Shown piece by piece: positions 34,089-45,990 of a stretch of 47,493 nt of DNA. The DNA comes from Selaginella moellendorffii (taxonomy: Eukaryota > Plantae > Lycopodiophyta), in the NCBI RefSeq assembly GCF_000143415.4, contig NW_003314374.1:88981-136473 (forward strand), given 5' to 3'. The translations under genes and the position numbers were made by a program. The notes beneath the pieces were generated by a model. It made no database searches. It had not been told where the DNA came from and saw only the letters and a program-made list of their open reading frames with translations. How positions within the stretch are numbered: position 1 is the first letter of the stretch; every line of letters begins with the position of its first letter.

Positions 34089-34896
34089 TATAGCGCACTT
34101 TATCTCTCTTCCCTTAAGCCAATTGGAAAAAGAGCAATTGCTTGATGAGAGAGCCTTTAGTGGCTATTTTATCCCCATTTATCCCCCAAGGTTTCAAGGA
34201 TCCATAGTGACAGTAGATCTAAATTTCATCCCATGATCACATGTGTTACATTCACCCCCCCTCAGAAATATCAATGAATTACTTGATGAGAGAGCACTTA
34301 GTGCCTATTTTATCCCTATTTATCCCCCAAGGTTCCAAGGATCCATAGTGACAGTATATCCAAATCTCATCCCATTGATCACATACGCTACACTCACCCC
34401 CCTTTTAGAGACGTCAATGTCCTCATTGACTATTGACTAATAACCCCTACTAAGCCAAGGGGAACCAACACCTCCATTTTCGCATTGAATCTACCAATTT
34501 TTCCATTGTGTAGACTAGCTATTCTATATGAGGCAACTACCCATACCGCAGTCTTATGGTGGATACTTTCGTCGGTGGATACTCCACACAAGAGGAACGA
34601 CATACGCATGGATACCCAATACATACAATTTCAAATTTAGGAGTAGGAATATACCTTATTTAAGGGTATATTATATTTTTAAGTAGCCACTAATAAATGG
34701 GAATCGAACCTGTGCCATTTACTCTGATACCAACTGTAGTGCACCTTATCTTTCTCCTCTTAAGCCAACTAAAAAAAAGGTAATTTCTTGATAAAAGAAC
34801 CTTTAGTGGCTATTTTATCCCCATTTATCCCTCAAAGTTCTAAGGATCCATAATGACAGTATATCTAAATCTCATCCCATGATCACATGTGCTATA
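34089..34896 (-). mobile_element. TRIM (terminal-repeat retrotransposon in miniature) with 162-bp LTRs, three-LTR form
   Basis: LTRs at 34735-34896, about 34277-34392 (partial) and 34089-34250. PBS TGGTATCAGAG at 34732-34722. PPTs at about 34393-34406 and 34251-34263. TSD AAATA/GAATA. About 340 bp of non-coding interior. Confidence 0.88.
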
Positions 34897-35924
34897 GAAT
34901 AACACTATAGGATTTAAAACACTCACATTTCTTAGATATGCCTCACTAGTAAATCTAAACAAATAGTATATGAGACTAAAATAGGACTAATATATAAGGC
35001 ATAATAGTGAGAATGTCTAGTTAACGCAATAAGCTAATATATAGTGATATTGAGGGAATAAACTCAATACATAAGGATTCTTATCAAGTTAGTGCAAAAT
35101 ATAGCAAAATAAAACTAAAAGCTAGACCATGTATATTTAACAAGAAACATATAGGAGTTCCTACCTTATATTTATCTAGCTAAGTACAAATGCTAAACAT
35201 AATTTACTATAGTTGAATAAAAGGGACTAATAAAGTGAACTAGTAGTATTAATTTACTATCATCACAACAGTAAAGAGAGAGTGTTTGGAAAGATTAGTT
35301 AGCAAGTATCTTTTGATACCTAATGTCACATTTATGACACTCTCCCCCTTTTAGGAAGATTGGTGTCCTTATCAATGCATACCCTAGTTTAACAAACCAT
35401 TAAAGAAATAATTTTGAAAGTTAACATAAGGTATACTTTATAGAAAATACACTAACTTAAATGAGTGAATGACCTTTCCTCTATGTCAAAGACACAAATA
35501 TTTAGACACCCTCTAGTTGTTACTAAGAAGGAAATGATTAACAAAAGTAGCCACCTTTGCTACTTTGAGTACCAATTAGTTTACAAAAGAATAATACAAC
35601 CCTACCTATAGGGATTTAGAGAGAGAGCCAAAGACCTAACTCCTCTACACAAATTAACCCCATCATGAAGATTTAGACAATTATTATAAATTGGTATTTT
35701 TCAAAAATAGGTCAACAAGAGAGAAGTGGGACTTATAATTAGTCTATAATAGTTATCCCTATTGTTATAATTGCCCATGCACCAAAGAGTCTACCAATTT
35801 TAGATTTAAAGAAACATATAATTTTATTAATTTTCAAGGTTTATTACAAAGGATTACAAAAGTTATTTCTAATTACGTTTTTCATACTCCACAATAAGCT
35901 TATGGATATATGTAAAATGATTAA

Positions 35925-36766
35925 TGCTGTGAATGTGACTTCAAGTATCGAAAGTTAGCTATTGGCTATCCTTTCAGATATTTTTTCTTTACTGCCATGA
36001 CGGCAGGAGGTCAGTATTGTTGGACCTTTTATCAGTCCCTCTTGTTCAAGTGTTAATAAATTGGACTTTGCATCTATACTTGGCCAGACGAGTATAAGGA
36101 CGGAATTCTTAAGTATCTATTTAGCCAAGCATACTTGGCCCGGCTTGTTAATTCTCTTTTGCTCTGTCTTGCATTGGTTTGACAAAAACCCTTATGTATT
36201 AAGACTAGTCCCTCAATATCGCTGGACAATAGCTTACCGTGTCTACTAAACACCCTCACTATCATGCTTTTTGTGTTAATTTCATTTTGGTCCCAAATGC
36301 TATTTATAGAAAGTGTTTAGATTTTCTCATTTGGCATATTTACGGAATGTAGAGATTGTTCTAAACACAATGGTGTTTGTCCTGTGTCCAAATTCGCAAT
36401 CTAGGGATATTCCATATTTAGTAAGTTTTGAGCTTGTCCCAGAAACCAACTCCTGATACTAAGGGAAGCTTGGGGTGACAACCCAAAGTGTGTGTTCTTT
36501 AGGAGGGGGGGCGGCTTCCAAATGTATAGTAGGGATAATGGGTAGGTTGGGCATGGCTGACCAACTTGAAGCATAGTCTAGCTCCTATTTGCATGTTTGT
36601 CTTGAAATAAGGCCTTGAAACTTGGGTTCCACACCATTGTCCTTTGGACATATAGCATGTGGCATGTGGCATATGACACGTGGCAGATAGAGGGTTTAGG
36701 TTCTACTTTATGATTATCCTACAGTAAATCACCATAGGATAAAGGGTAAAAACCATGTGTGCTACA
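35925..36766 (+). mobile_element. Family A solo LTR (842 bp, internally deleted) inserted antisense into the chromodomain of copy 2
   Basis: TG...CA termini (TGCTGTGAATG...GTGCTACA) with a perfect ATTAA TSD (35920-35924 and 36767-36771). Confidence 0.93.
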
Positions 36767-39700
36767 ATTAAGAGGCTCCCAAGTAAATTCATATATTAGG
36801 TAGCCGTGCCACTTGACTAGATATTTATAACGTTTAAAACGTTTGCTCCAATGACTATCCAAAATAACTTCAACTTCATATTCAGGTTTACCATTAATGA
36901 CTGCTGGTGGGCCGTAGAGCATTCTACATCAACATGATATAGTACCAATAAACTTATATGAACATATCATGTACATGGAACAAACTTATATGAAAAATCT
37001 AATTTATAAGAGGAATCATGAACTCGCATTACCACTCAATAGAGATCAATATATCTTGGTAACAACTTCCAAAAAAAAGATCCTTTAATACTTAAATTCC
37101 ATGAGGATAACCACACTTGGTCTCCCACTTGATAGGCTACATTCCAGTGATGCTAATCTATATCATATTGATACTTATCCCAAGCTTTGCTTATTGTCTT
37201 AATAGCCCTTGACCAACTTTGAGGTAGTTGCTTTATATCAATCTTAATGGCTAGAACCAACACTTTAGACATTAGTTTTGATACAACAATCTGTTAAGAG
37301 ACCTTACAAGCATTTCATTGTAGCATCTCTCAATAGCATTGTGAAATGTGTTATTATAACAAAGTTTTGTTATGTCTAAATGCTCAACCCAATTGTATTG
37401 GTCTATTGTGACATACTACTATAGATAATCCTCAACCTAAGCATTCACGAGTTCAATCTGTCCATCTATTTGAGAATGATAAGATGTACTAAATTTCACC
37501 TTGGTACCAAATAACTAAAATAGTGTGCCCCAAAAGTTCCTCATAAACTTCAAATCTCTATCCAAAATCATCTCTTCGGGAAGTCCACAATTATTACTTT
37601 ATGGAAAAAGAGTTTTGCCACTTATTTAACATTTACTATCTCTATAGTTGGGATGAAATGTGCAATTTTCAACAACTAATCCACAACCACTATCGAAGTG
37701 TTGTAAACCTTAAAACTTTAGCAAGAAAGTGATAAAATCAAGTATCATACTTTGAAATAACTATGTTAGTGTTGGAATGCACTACAATTTCTCAACTTAC
37801 TTCTTCACTACATCAGCTTTCATACTACACTAGAAAAATCCTTTTCATTTATTGCTATATTCCATTACTAGAACATCATGATGTTCCCATATACATAACT
37901 ACTGCAGATCCTTATACAAAAGACACAATCATTCTTGCTCATAGTAAATAAACCCATCTTTAATTGAAAAGTGAAATTTCAAGTTAACTTGACTAATAGC
38001 TTTCACCACTTTCCTTCACTTCTAACCAGTCCGAAGTGATTGCTAACATAGTGCATCCAATTGTCTTTACTAAGTTTATAAAGATTTTGATATCAACTCT
38101 AAAGAGCTTCTCTTACCAATGAGCTTGCTTTGATATAAGCTTTGGCTGCATTGCAAAGTAGCTTAATTGTTAATATTTTTATAAACCTTTGTATATCTAT
38201 CTAAATAGTGTCTCTAGTGTTCCAATGAAAACACTATAGTAAACATATCTTTCTCATATATAGGCCATTTTCATTGGGTCACATCCAATTTTTTAGAGTA
38301 AAACACAATAAAACAATAATGTTGCCTCAATGTAACACCAATTGCTTTGTCACAATGTTGCTACAACACAATACCAATAGTATAACTAAATGTATCACAA
38401 TTCCCTCCGAAGGGTTTATCAAGATCTAGGATTCTAAGAAAAGGAACTGTAGACAAGATTTGCTTCAACCATATAAAAGCATGAATAAATTAGTGAATAA
38501 ATTAGTGTTTAATGAAATAATATATTACCCTTCATCAACTTAGTTAACAAAAAGGCAATACTTGTAAAATTGTGAACAAACTTGCAATAGTATCCTGCCA
38601 AACTAAGAAAAAATTAGTGGTTAGGACTTCTTGATTTTTCACCAACAACTCCATAATTTCCCTTGGTATAAAATAAACACCATCACTTATTTGAACTTCA
38701 TCACCATCACTTTCAGCTTCCATCATTTAAACCTAAAAGGTTTGACACCCTTTTTTAATTGCTTTTTGAGCTACTCTTGCAATTAGAAACTTAGCATCCT
38801 AATTTTTCAAGGGGCATTTTTGCAACTAAAAGGACATATCATGATGACTTTTTGATCTCAATATGATGTAACTTTGATTAACATCATATAACCCTTGGAT
38901 ATTCAAGAAATCCATACTAAACATTATTTGAAAGTTTAGTATCTTCAACACTATTAAATCTAACCTTTCTTTCCACTTAGATATCTTTATAGGTACATCA
39001 TTCACAAATTTCTTAGTTGCTTGCCCACCTAGAAGTGTATAGGTACCATTCACTTAACTTTTAATCCTAACAACTTAATTAATTATTTAAATATCACAAT
39101 GTGCATAAATCCCATGTCAATCATAGTGTTTGTAGACAAAACCTACAAAATACATCAATGGATCAATACTTGTATTGATTATGAGAAAGGCATGAGGGAA
39201 ATAATTCACGTCTTCTTCCTTATAATTTGCATTAGCTCATTGTCAGCTTCACCACCACCCTTCATTAACTTAATCAATGGGCTTGTAAAGGTAGGGGTGT
39301 TCTTTATCTATGAGTTTCAGAGTAGGGTAATAACTGAATTGAACATGTAGTTGTAGTTAGAAGTGTTAGACATCCTGGGATATAATGCATTCACTTTTAT
39401 GTGGTAGACCTAACTAAAAAGAGAGGGAGATGAAAAACTATGAAACATAGAAAGTCATCATTGCTTCCCAACACTTCACCACAATTTCACATGTATTAGT
39501 TGGAAATGTAGCAATTATACCTCTTGCAATAGTTGATTCAAAGAGGGAAAAAAGACACCTAGGCCATAAAAGCTATATTGCATTGCTAGCACACTCTCTC
39601 ACCATCTCTGCTTGTGGTGTTGCTCATGCACCGTAAGCAGAGCAGCCATGGAACCCTACAATTGCATGGTGTAACAACTGTCACCACACCCTCTTCCCTT

Positions 39701-40149
39701 CTTGGCCACATAGGCATGCCACTTATTTACCACCACAACATTAAGTTAACATTTTTGAAAATCACCTTGGCCCATCCTTGACATGGCCTCCCCTTCCCAA
39801 GAACCATGTCTTCTAAGGCTGCCTAGGCCTGGGATTTAACAACTGTGGGAGGCTGGGCTCTTTATTTTATATATATAGATAATATAGTTAGAATGTTCTT
39901 ATTTTTATTTACTCTATGATCTATATAACTATAAAAATTTAAAATATTCAATAAAAATTTAAATAAAATTTATTTATTTTTGTTTAGTGTATATTTGTTA
40001 GTTAGGAGAGTATATTACATGCATAAAATTGCATGATATTTAAGTGAATATGTTAAAAAACATTTCTTACTTCTATCTTCACATATAACTACATTAATTT
40101 ATTGTTAGTTTTATGGAAAAACTTATTATTATTATTATCCTTTTATATA

Positions 40150-41228
40150 GTGACCAAGGATATGGTCACATGGAAAAGAAGTCCTAAAGGTCAATGGGAC
40201 ATTGTGGTTGGGCTTTTGGGCCCTAACTCAATGGCAGTGTTAATGAACATGGCCGTGGACAGAAAGGGATTTGGTGGGGGCTAAAAAGGGGATATTGAGG
40301 AAAGTTATTTCCCATATCTCCGAGCATCCTAAAGATGCTAAAGTATGGTTTTGGGATAACCACTCATAGACAGATGGCCTAGTTTTTGAGATACTAGATT
40401 ATGGTACAGGTGGTCTAGGATTACTAATAAGACAAAGGTAAATGAACATAATCTTACCATAATAGGTTGGTATGTTAGTAGTACCTTTGGGGTGTTTATC
40501 ATGGGATTGGACATGTGGAGCATTTGGACCAAATGCAAAGCATAGATGTCATTCACGTGGTTAGCAAGTCCCTAAGTCAAAAAAAGGATTTATAAAGGCT
40601 GTGAGTGAGACTCCTTCAAATGGTCAAAGGTGTGGTTAAGTGATTAAAGTAAAATGAAAAATGTAGTTGCTTACAATAAAGTTGCAATTAATTCATTAGA
40701 ATTCCATAGTCAATTGATGTTTATATCATGGTTTTAGATTTTGTTTTTGTCAAGAGATGATCACTTTGGGCTTTCACCCTTGGACTCGGATACAAACTTG
40801 GAATTGGGCTTAGGCTTAAGTTTGGGATTGGGTTTAGACTCAAACTTGGGCTCGGGCTCAAGCTCGATATTGATTTTGGTCTTAGTCTTGGTTTCCATCT
40901 TAGACTTGACCTTGGGCTCCATCTCGGACTCCATCTTAGGTCCATTTCGGACTCCTTCTCAAACTCCATTTTGGGTCTATCTTGGATTTAGTCCCAACAC
41001 TTCAACATGTCATATATTAATCCTCTTATGTCCCTTTTGTAGAAGCTTGTTATTAATTGTTTCGTGTTCGTTCTTCAAGTCTTTTGTTTGGAGTTTTACT
41101 CCCACTCTTGCCTTTCCGGGTTAAAGCTTTTGGTCTCAATGTATTACGCTCATTGAACTTCCATTTTTCCCATTGCCATATAGCACACTTTTAGCTCCAC
41201 TTTTGGGCTTAGGGATTTATGTTTCATA
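40150..41228. mobile_element. Second, rearranged family B LTR copy
   Basis: 40150-40675 is the reverse complement of about 4285-4817. About 40770-41228 is direct similarity to about 5260-5867, including a shorter, more degenerate GACTCCATCT array and the terminal GGGCTTAGGGATTT(A/G)TG. Confidence 0.85.
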
Positions 41229-42657
41229 TTTATGTGTAACTACTAAATGCTCAAATCAACTTTAAAAGCATAAGTTTGAACCAAAATAAAAGATTTCAAA
41301 AGCCATTATAATCCATAAAACACCATTACAATGATGTATCTCATTTTTAAATCTACCCACTAGCCATCTTCTAAACCCCTGTTAACTTGGATTTACAATC
41401 ATCAATAGAACTTGCATTTAAATCAGCCTTTTGGTCAACTTTCAAAACCCATGTTAATTTAGACTCACAACTATCACCCTCATTTAGCACTGCATATGAG
41501 AAGTACTATAGTGTAGCTAAACATAGATGATAAAGTAAAGATGAGTGCAATGAGTTTAAATAGAATTAGTGCTTTAAATTTTTTTTTCCCTATATAGAAG
41601 ATGAATAGAGTGAGTTTAAGCATTTATTCAACCTCACTACATTAAGGCTAGATGTTCCATTTAAACTTGCTATGCTTATCTTCACTCCATAATCTATGTC
41701 ATTTGTCCTCACTCCATTATTATATTTACTCATCCTAACTCCATTATTAGGGCCGAACTCTTGTCTATCTCTTCTACCCCATCAATAATAAGACAAAGAG
41801 GAGAAAGTAAGAAAAATTAAGGAAGAAACATTGTGGAAGAAGAATAAATGGATAACAAACCATTCAAAAAAGAATTTTTAGCTATTGTTAAAGTATAAAT
41901 AAGAAAATAAAAAGAAAGAATGTACTCAAAGCTTAAAGAACATATTATAAAATATATCGGCCACCACCAAAAAAGTAAGAGATTCACACCACGTAACTTT
42001 CTCAACACACAACTCAACATTTGAGACTGGAAAATCAATAGAAAAATCCACACTCCCAAAGGAACATATAAACTCCTTTGCAGCAATAATAAAATAAAGA
42101 CTCTCAACAACACTCATAACTAAAGTATGCACTCAATTTAAAACTTTGGCAAAAGTGATTTAACCTTTAGAATAAAAGAATACTCAACACTAGAATTAAT
42201 AAAATGTTTTGCTAAAAAAACAAAAGTAATATTCTCAACTTCACACACATGCTCAATATTTAGATTTATATGAAAAAGGTAAAAAATACTCAATTTAACA
42301 CTAAATTGAGAATGAGAATAATAAACATCATTAACCAACATACTAGGAGAAGGAAATATTGCAAATGAAGAAAAAACACCAGGAACATGAGAAAAACTCT
42401 TCTTCTACTATGCCATACTATTGTTAATTAAAGAGTGTGTCATTCAAAGCTGCTAATGATGTGTCATTGTTATCACCGAATAATATTATTCATGTGGCTA
42501 TGTCCTTTTTAAATTAAGCTATTGGTGTTCTGCCCATCCTTGGTGTTTAGCCACCATTAGTTTTTAAAGGAAATAATTACATGTTGTCTTTTATTCTTAG
42601 TATCTTACCATCTCCTATTAATGTAGAGTGTTATCATGATATTGATTGAAGAGTTAT

Positions 42658-44098
42658 TGTAGCACATGTGATTTTGACCCTTTATCCTATGGTGATTTAC
42701 TATAGGATAACACCACAAAGCGAAACCTAAACCCTCTTTATGCCACGTGACAGATGCCACATGTCACATGCCACATGTCCAAAGGACAATGGTGTGGAAC
42801 CCAAGTTTCAGGATCTTGGGCTACTGAACAAAGGAATAGTGCCAAACTCCCAAGTATGGAGCCAAGGAGTGACAGAACCGAACCATGGATCAACTCTTGA
42901 GCATATAGCCCAAGGAGCGAAGGGACAGGAGCATGGAGTGACTTGAAACAGTTCTAAAATATCCAACATCCCAATGCCAGGACCAGCACGCAAAAATGGA
43001 GCCAAACGGAGTCTAGTGCTATTTTGGCATACCGGTGGCCTAACACAAGGATATAGGTACTCCACCAGCTAGCATGGAATGGAGCTTGGGCTTAGACCCA
43101 AGTTGGACGCAGAATAAGGACAAGCACACAAACAGGAGCTAAACTATGCCTCAGGTTGGTTGGCCATACCCGACCTACCCACTATCCCTACTATACATTT
43201 GGAACCCCCCACAGCCTAAACCCCCCCCCCCCCCCCCTTGAGGAACACATGCTTTGGGCTTTCACCCCAAGCCTCCCTTAGTATCAAGAGTTAGTCTGCC
43301 TCCCTTAGTATCAAGAGTTAGTCTGCCTCCCTTAGTATCAAGAGTTAGTCTCTAGGACAAGCTCAAAACTTACTAAATATGGAATGGCACTAAAATGCGA
43401 ATTTGGATGCAGGATAAACACTATTGTGTTTAAGACAATCTCTATATTCCGTAGATATGCCAAATGAGTGAATCTAGACACTTTCCATAAATAACATTTG
43501 GGACCGAAATGAGACTAACACAAGGGCATGATAGCGAGGGTGTTTGGCAGACACGGTAAGCTATCATCCAGCGATATTGAAGGACCAATCTCAATATGCA
43601 AGGGTTCTTGTCAAGTCAATGCAAAACAGAGCAAAAAATAACTAAAAACTAAGCCGAGTATGCTCAGCTAGAAACACATAGGAGTTCCTACCTTATGTCC
43701 ATCTGGCTAAGTATAGGTGCTAAGCCCAATTTACGAACACTTGAACAAAAGGGGCTGATAAAGGGTCCAGCAATACCGACCTCCTACCATCGTGGTAGGA
43801 GGTAAGAGTGTCCGTAAGAACTAGCTAATAGGTAACTTTCGATACCCGAAGTCATATTCGCAACACTCTCCCCCCCCCTAAGGAAGATCGACGTCCTCGT
43901 CGATGCATACTCGAGTCTAGAATACTGCCAAGGAAACAACTTTAGAAAAAGTTCACGGAATTCACACTATGTGAGAAATACACCAACTTAAATGAGTTAG
44001 GAGGCAACCTCTTTGTCTAATGCATATGCGCTACCAGCTTAGACACCTTCCAGCCGTCGCCGACAAGGAAATGAACAATGGAGTCAACCACCCATGCT
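42658..44098 (-). mobile_element. Family A 3' LTR (42658-43865, 1208 bp) with PPT and about 230 bp of 3' UTR
   Basis: TGTAGCAC...GCAACA termini; pyrimidine tract CTCTCCCCCCCC follows at 43866. Confidence 0.93.
43271..43351. repeat. Perfect 27-bp tandem triplication GCCTCCCTTAGTATCAAGAGTTAGTCT within the LTR
   Basis: Copies at 43271-43297, 43298-43324 and 43325-43351; single-copy in the other family A LTRs. Confidence 0.97.
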
Positions 44099-44326
44099 GA
44101 TCACAATGATTTGATCATCAATTGAGCAACACCATGAACAATGCACATGTCATTACTTCAAAGGTTTATGTGAGCATCAAGTGCCAACTCGATTCGACAA
44201 AATGCAACATAAATGCCACACTCTACCGATAGAAACTTGCAACACCCAACACCACTAACTTTTGTTCACAACATGGACAAGTTCATGCCACTCTCTTTTC
44301 GACCAAACTCAAAACTAATCCAACAC

Positions 44327-45990
44327 TGTAATGCATGTGGTTTTGACCTTTTATCCTATGGTGATTTACCATAGGATAACACTACGAAGCAGAACCTAAA
44401 CCCTTTATGTGCCACGTGACAGATGCCATGTGTCACATGCCATGTGTCCATAGGACAGTGGTGTGGAACCCGAGTTTCAAGGCCTTGGGCCACTGAACGA
44501 AGGAATGGTGCCAAACCCCCAAGCATGGAGCCAAGGACTGATGGAACCAGACCATGGAGCAACTCTCGAGCATACAGCCCAAGAAGTGAAGGGACAGAAG
44601 CCCGAAGTGACTTGGAACAGTCCTAAAGCAACCAGCATCCCAATGCCAGGACTAGCACGCAAAACGGAGCCAAATGGAGTCTGGCGCTATTTCAGCATAC
44701 CGGTGGCCTAACACGAGGACATGGGTACTCCACCAGCTAGCATGGAATGGAGCTTGGGCTTAGACCCAAGTTAGATGCAGAAAAAGGATAAGCACACAAA
44801 CGGGAGTTAAACTATGCCTCAGGTTGGTTGGCCATGCCCGACCTACCCACTATCCCTACTATACATTTGGAACCCCCCACAACCCCGCCCCCCCTCCCCC
44901 CCCTTGAAGAACACATGCTTTGGGCTTTCACCCCAAGCCTCCTTTAGTATCAGGAGTTGGTCTCTGGGACAAGCTTGAAATTTACTAAATATGGAATGGC
45001 GCTAGATTGCGAATTTGGATATGGGATGAACACCATTGTGTTCAAGCCGATCTTTACATTCCGTAGATATGCCAAATGAGCAAATTTGGATAGTTTCTAT
45101 AAATAGCATGTGGGACCGAAATGAGACTAACACAAAGGACATGATAGCGAGGGTGTTTAGCAGACATAGTAAGCTATCATGTAGCGATATTGAGGGACCA
45201 AGCTCAATATCACAGGGGTTCTTGATATTAGCAAGTGCAAGCCAATGACTCAAGTTTCTCAAACCAGGCCAAGTATGCTCAGCAAGAAACACATAGGGTT
45301 CCTACCTTATGTTTATCCAATCTAAGTGCATGATCATTGACTAGTTTCTCAACTAGCTCAAGTGGGAAACTGATAACAGGTCTAACAATACTGACCTCCT
45401 GCTCTCAGGTAGGACTTCATGATGGCAAGTTTATCCGAAAGGACTAGCCGATAGGTAATTTTCGATACCCAAAGTCACATTCGCGACACTCTCCCCTCCT
45501 AGGGAAAATTGACGTCCTCGTTGATGCATACTCAAGTCTAGAATACTGCCAAAGAAACAACTCCAAAAAGTTTATGGTACCCACACTATGTGAGAAATGC
45601 ACCGACTTAAATGAGTTAGGAGGCAACCTCTTTGTCTAACACAGATGCGCTACCCACTTAGACACCTTCCGACCATCGCTGACAAGGAAATGACCAACAG
45701 AGTCAGCCACCCTTGCTACTTTGGGAGTTACCCAGCTAACAAAAGTGTGATAGAGAGAGAAGCCAGAGGCCCCAACCCTCCTAAGCAAAGAAACCAAACC
45801 TGTCGGTAAGGTTTAAATAAACTACTATCAATAGGCAGTTAGAGTTGTTTACACGGTCACGCCCTTTCAACGGAATAAGGAACATCGACAGAGAGGCGGG
45901 TTATGTGACCAGTCGACAGTAGCTACCCCATGACTAAAGATTTCACCATACACATGAAGTGCTGAAGCCAGTCTGCCTATACTGGCCCAA
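44327..45990 (-). mobile_element. Family A 3' LTR (44327-45488, 1162 bp) with PPT and 3' UTR
   Basis: TGTAATGC...TCGCGACA termini; CTCTCCCCTCCT at 45489. 45505-45990 matches the reverse complement of about 6420-6910. Confidence 0.92.

Larger units (their letters stand above)
33890..39300 (-). mobile_element. Family A gypsy copy 2, heavily decayed: truncated 3' LTR (about 33890-35339), PPT, 3' UTR, chromodomain, integrase, RNase H, protease; RT largely deleted
   Basis: Reverse-complement similarity to 1200-7650. PPT at about 35340-35353; KPEYEVEVILDS...YLVKWHGY...FTWEP at 36770-36900. Near 38605 the post-protease spacer joins the end of RT directly. Outer boundaries approximate. Confidence 0.9.

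Noticed and set aside
34089-34896. Cassandra element with 5S rRNA-derived LTR
   Set aside because: No 5S A/C-box similarity seen in the 162-bp LTR.
41230-42630. Helitron (minus-strand TCTACATTAATAGGAGA near 42627)
   Set aside because: Resembles a Helitron 5' end, but no A/T insertion context, 3' hairpin-CTRR end or Rep/helicase relic could be identified.
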